The translations under genes and the position numbers were made by a program. DNA of 64,000 bases from contig OY253687.1 in the NCBI GenBank assembly GCA_958009085.1, positions 434,001-498,000 on the forward strand. The letters are read 5' to 3'. The notes beneath the pieces were generated by a model, which saw only the letters and a list, made by a program, of their open reading frames with translations, had not been told where the DNA came from and ran no database searches. Shown here in pieces: positions 62,333 through 64,000 of this stretch. How positions within the stretch are numbered: the first letter of the stretch is position 1; each line of letters begins with the position of its first letter. Source of the DNA: Protoeuglena noctilucae. Taxonomy: Eukaryota.

Positions 62333-64000
62333 CTATGCCTCCCCGGCCCTCCGATAGGACGCCTCGATGAGCTGACTCAGGTGATCCTGCAAACCGCTCT
62401 CAATGCGCCTCTGGAACCCCTCCAGCTCCGCCTCCCAGTCGCTGTCGCTGCCCTCGCCAGAGCCAGAAACGCCCTCGGACGCGGTGGTCGGCCCCGACGC
62501 GCCGTTCGACTCGGTTAGGCCAAAGAGTGCGTCGAGTTCCTCGGACGACACCTGAGGGAGAGATGAGCACAGACACACTTAAGCAGCGGGCAGAGGCAAC
62601 CACCAACACACCGGCATCACCCACCCACACGCCCCTCCTGCGGCACCCGCCCCAACCCTGATCCACCCCTCCCTCACCTGCCCCTCCCGTAGCATCCGCA
62701 CCAACTCTTCCCGAGGCAGCCCCACCAAGTGCATTGCCGGACCCCGGCCCACCCCGTTGGCCCCCTGCCCACCCTCCCTCGCGCCCCCGCCCTCGTCCCC
62801 CGCGGGCCCAGGCACTCCCACACCCCCCTCGCCCCGCTCCGACTGCCCAGCCCCCTCCCCTTCCCTGTCCCTGCTACCCCCTGAACCCCTAACCGCACTC
62901 GTAACCGCACTCGCACCCTCGCCCTCCGCATCGCTGCCCTCCTCTCCCGCCCCCGCCCCCGACTCCGCCCGAGCCGCGTCCCCATCCGCCTTCTTCCCCT
63001 TACGCTTGTGTCGCTTCTTCTTCTTCCCAGCTGCTGCCGCCTGCCCCTCAGCCTCCCGGCCGTCCCGGTCCGCCACCCTCTCCCCGATAAACTCCAGCAG
63101 CTCTTCGACGCTCCGGTGGTCCGAGGGCCCCACCGCACCCCTCGCCCCGTCGGCGCCGGGCCGGGCCCCGTCTGCCGCCGCCGCCAGCGCCCCCACGGCC
63201 CGCTCCAGCCCCGCCTTGGACTCTTTCAGGTCGCTAAGCTTCTTGGTGTACAGCCGCTGCAGCAGCCTCTGCCGCTGCGAGATGGTGCCGCCCTCCGGCA
63301 CCAATGGGTGCAAGTACGTCTCCATCTTCTCTTCCTCCGTCAAGTCGTCAGGCAGGCCAAACACAGTGCGAATCTCCTCTGCAGAACGTCCCTGGATGAA
63401 GCGTGCGATGCCACGGCTGGAGAGGTCCACCAGGGGCTGCGGGCAGGAGGGCAGGAGAGCATGTGGGCCGGGAGTTGGGTGACAGCTGGTCTCATGGGGG
63501 GGTATGCAGCTGTAGAAGCAATGGGGTTGACGGCGCAAGCTGCGAGGAGCGTCCGCAAGCCCTGCACCACCGGTGTCTATGTAGCCGCAGAGATGGTTCC
63601 AAGCTGCCATGGGCTGCTGTGGGCGTCACTGCAGCGTCACCTGCATGTCGAGCGCATCCGAGGCGGAGGCGAGGCCGCACAGCAGACCCGGGCCGAGCTG
63701 CTTGCGAAGGCGCTCGTCAAACTGCTTACGCTCCCTACGCGTCGGGGCGGCCGGGGCGTGGTCAGGGGCGGCGCTGCAGCGTGCGCATGAATGCGAGACG
63801 ATTGATATTGATATTGATAACGCGCGGGCCTCAGCCACACCGCCCGCACCTGTCCGAGCGACCCGGGGATCGATGGAAGGCTGCCCACTCGACGACTGCG
63901 TCCCATGGCTCGGGCAGGACTTGCTTGGGCAGGCGGATGGGCGCATCCTCGGTCAGGCCCAGCTTGGAGGGGAGGAAGACCTGCCGCCGGATGGCGGGGA
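62333..64000 (-). CDS. SKP1-like protein (ASK20/21 type), 5' end outside the window
   Basis: ERKQFDERL, LCGLASASDALDMQ/PLVDLSSRGIARFIQGRSAEEIRTVFGLPDDLTEEEK, RSVEELLEFI, basic KKKKRHKRK. Confidence 0.9.

Overview
GC-rich, gene-dense eukaryotic nuclear DNA with many short spliceosomal introns. The gene set (cpSRP54, KAPP-like, GTG/GPR89, PP2-A10-like, ASK21-like, plus ciliary CCDC103, IQUB and CFAP251) points to a flagellated green alga. About 20 intron-containing genes were reconstructed by eye, so some boundaries are approximate. The 43.4-58.4 kb region is accessory. It holds an intact L1/Tx1-like non-LTR retrotransposon ORF (APE-RT-archaeal-type RNase H-CCHC) just downstream of a tRNA-Ala(UGC) gene, a ~2.9 kb repeat present twice, and a 630-bp duplication carrying a tRNA-Ala broken at the T-loop. 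Transcribed divergently from the tRNA is an unusual YbaK-like / OB-fold / DEDDy exonuclease fusion gene. Across the window, GC-AG introns are strikingly frequent (about 10 of roughly 95). A 65-aa three-exon microgene missed by the ORF track lies at 20.2-20.8 kb.
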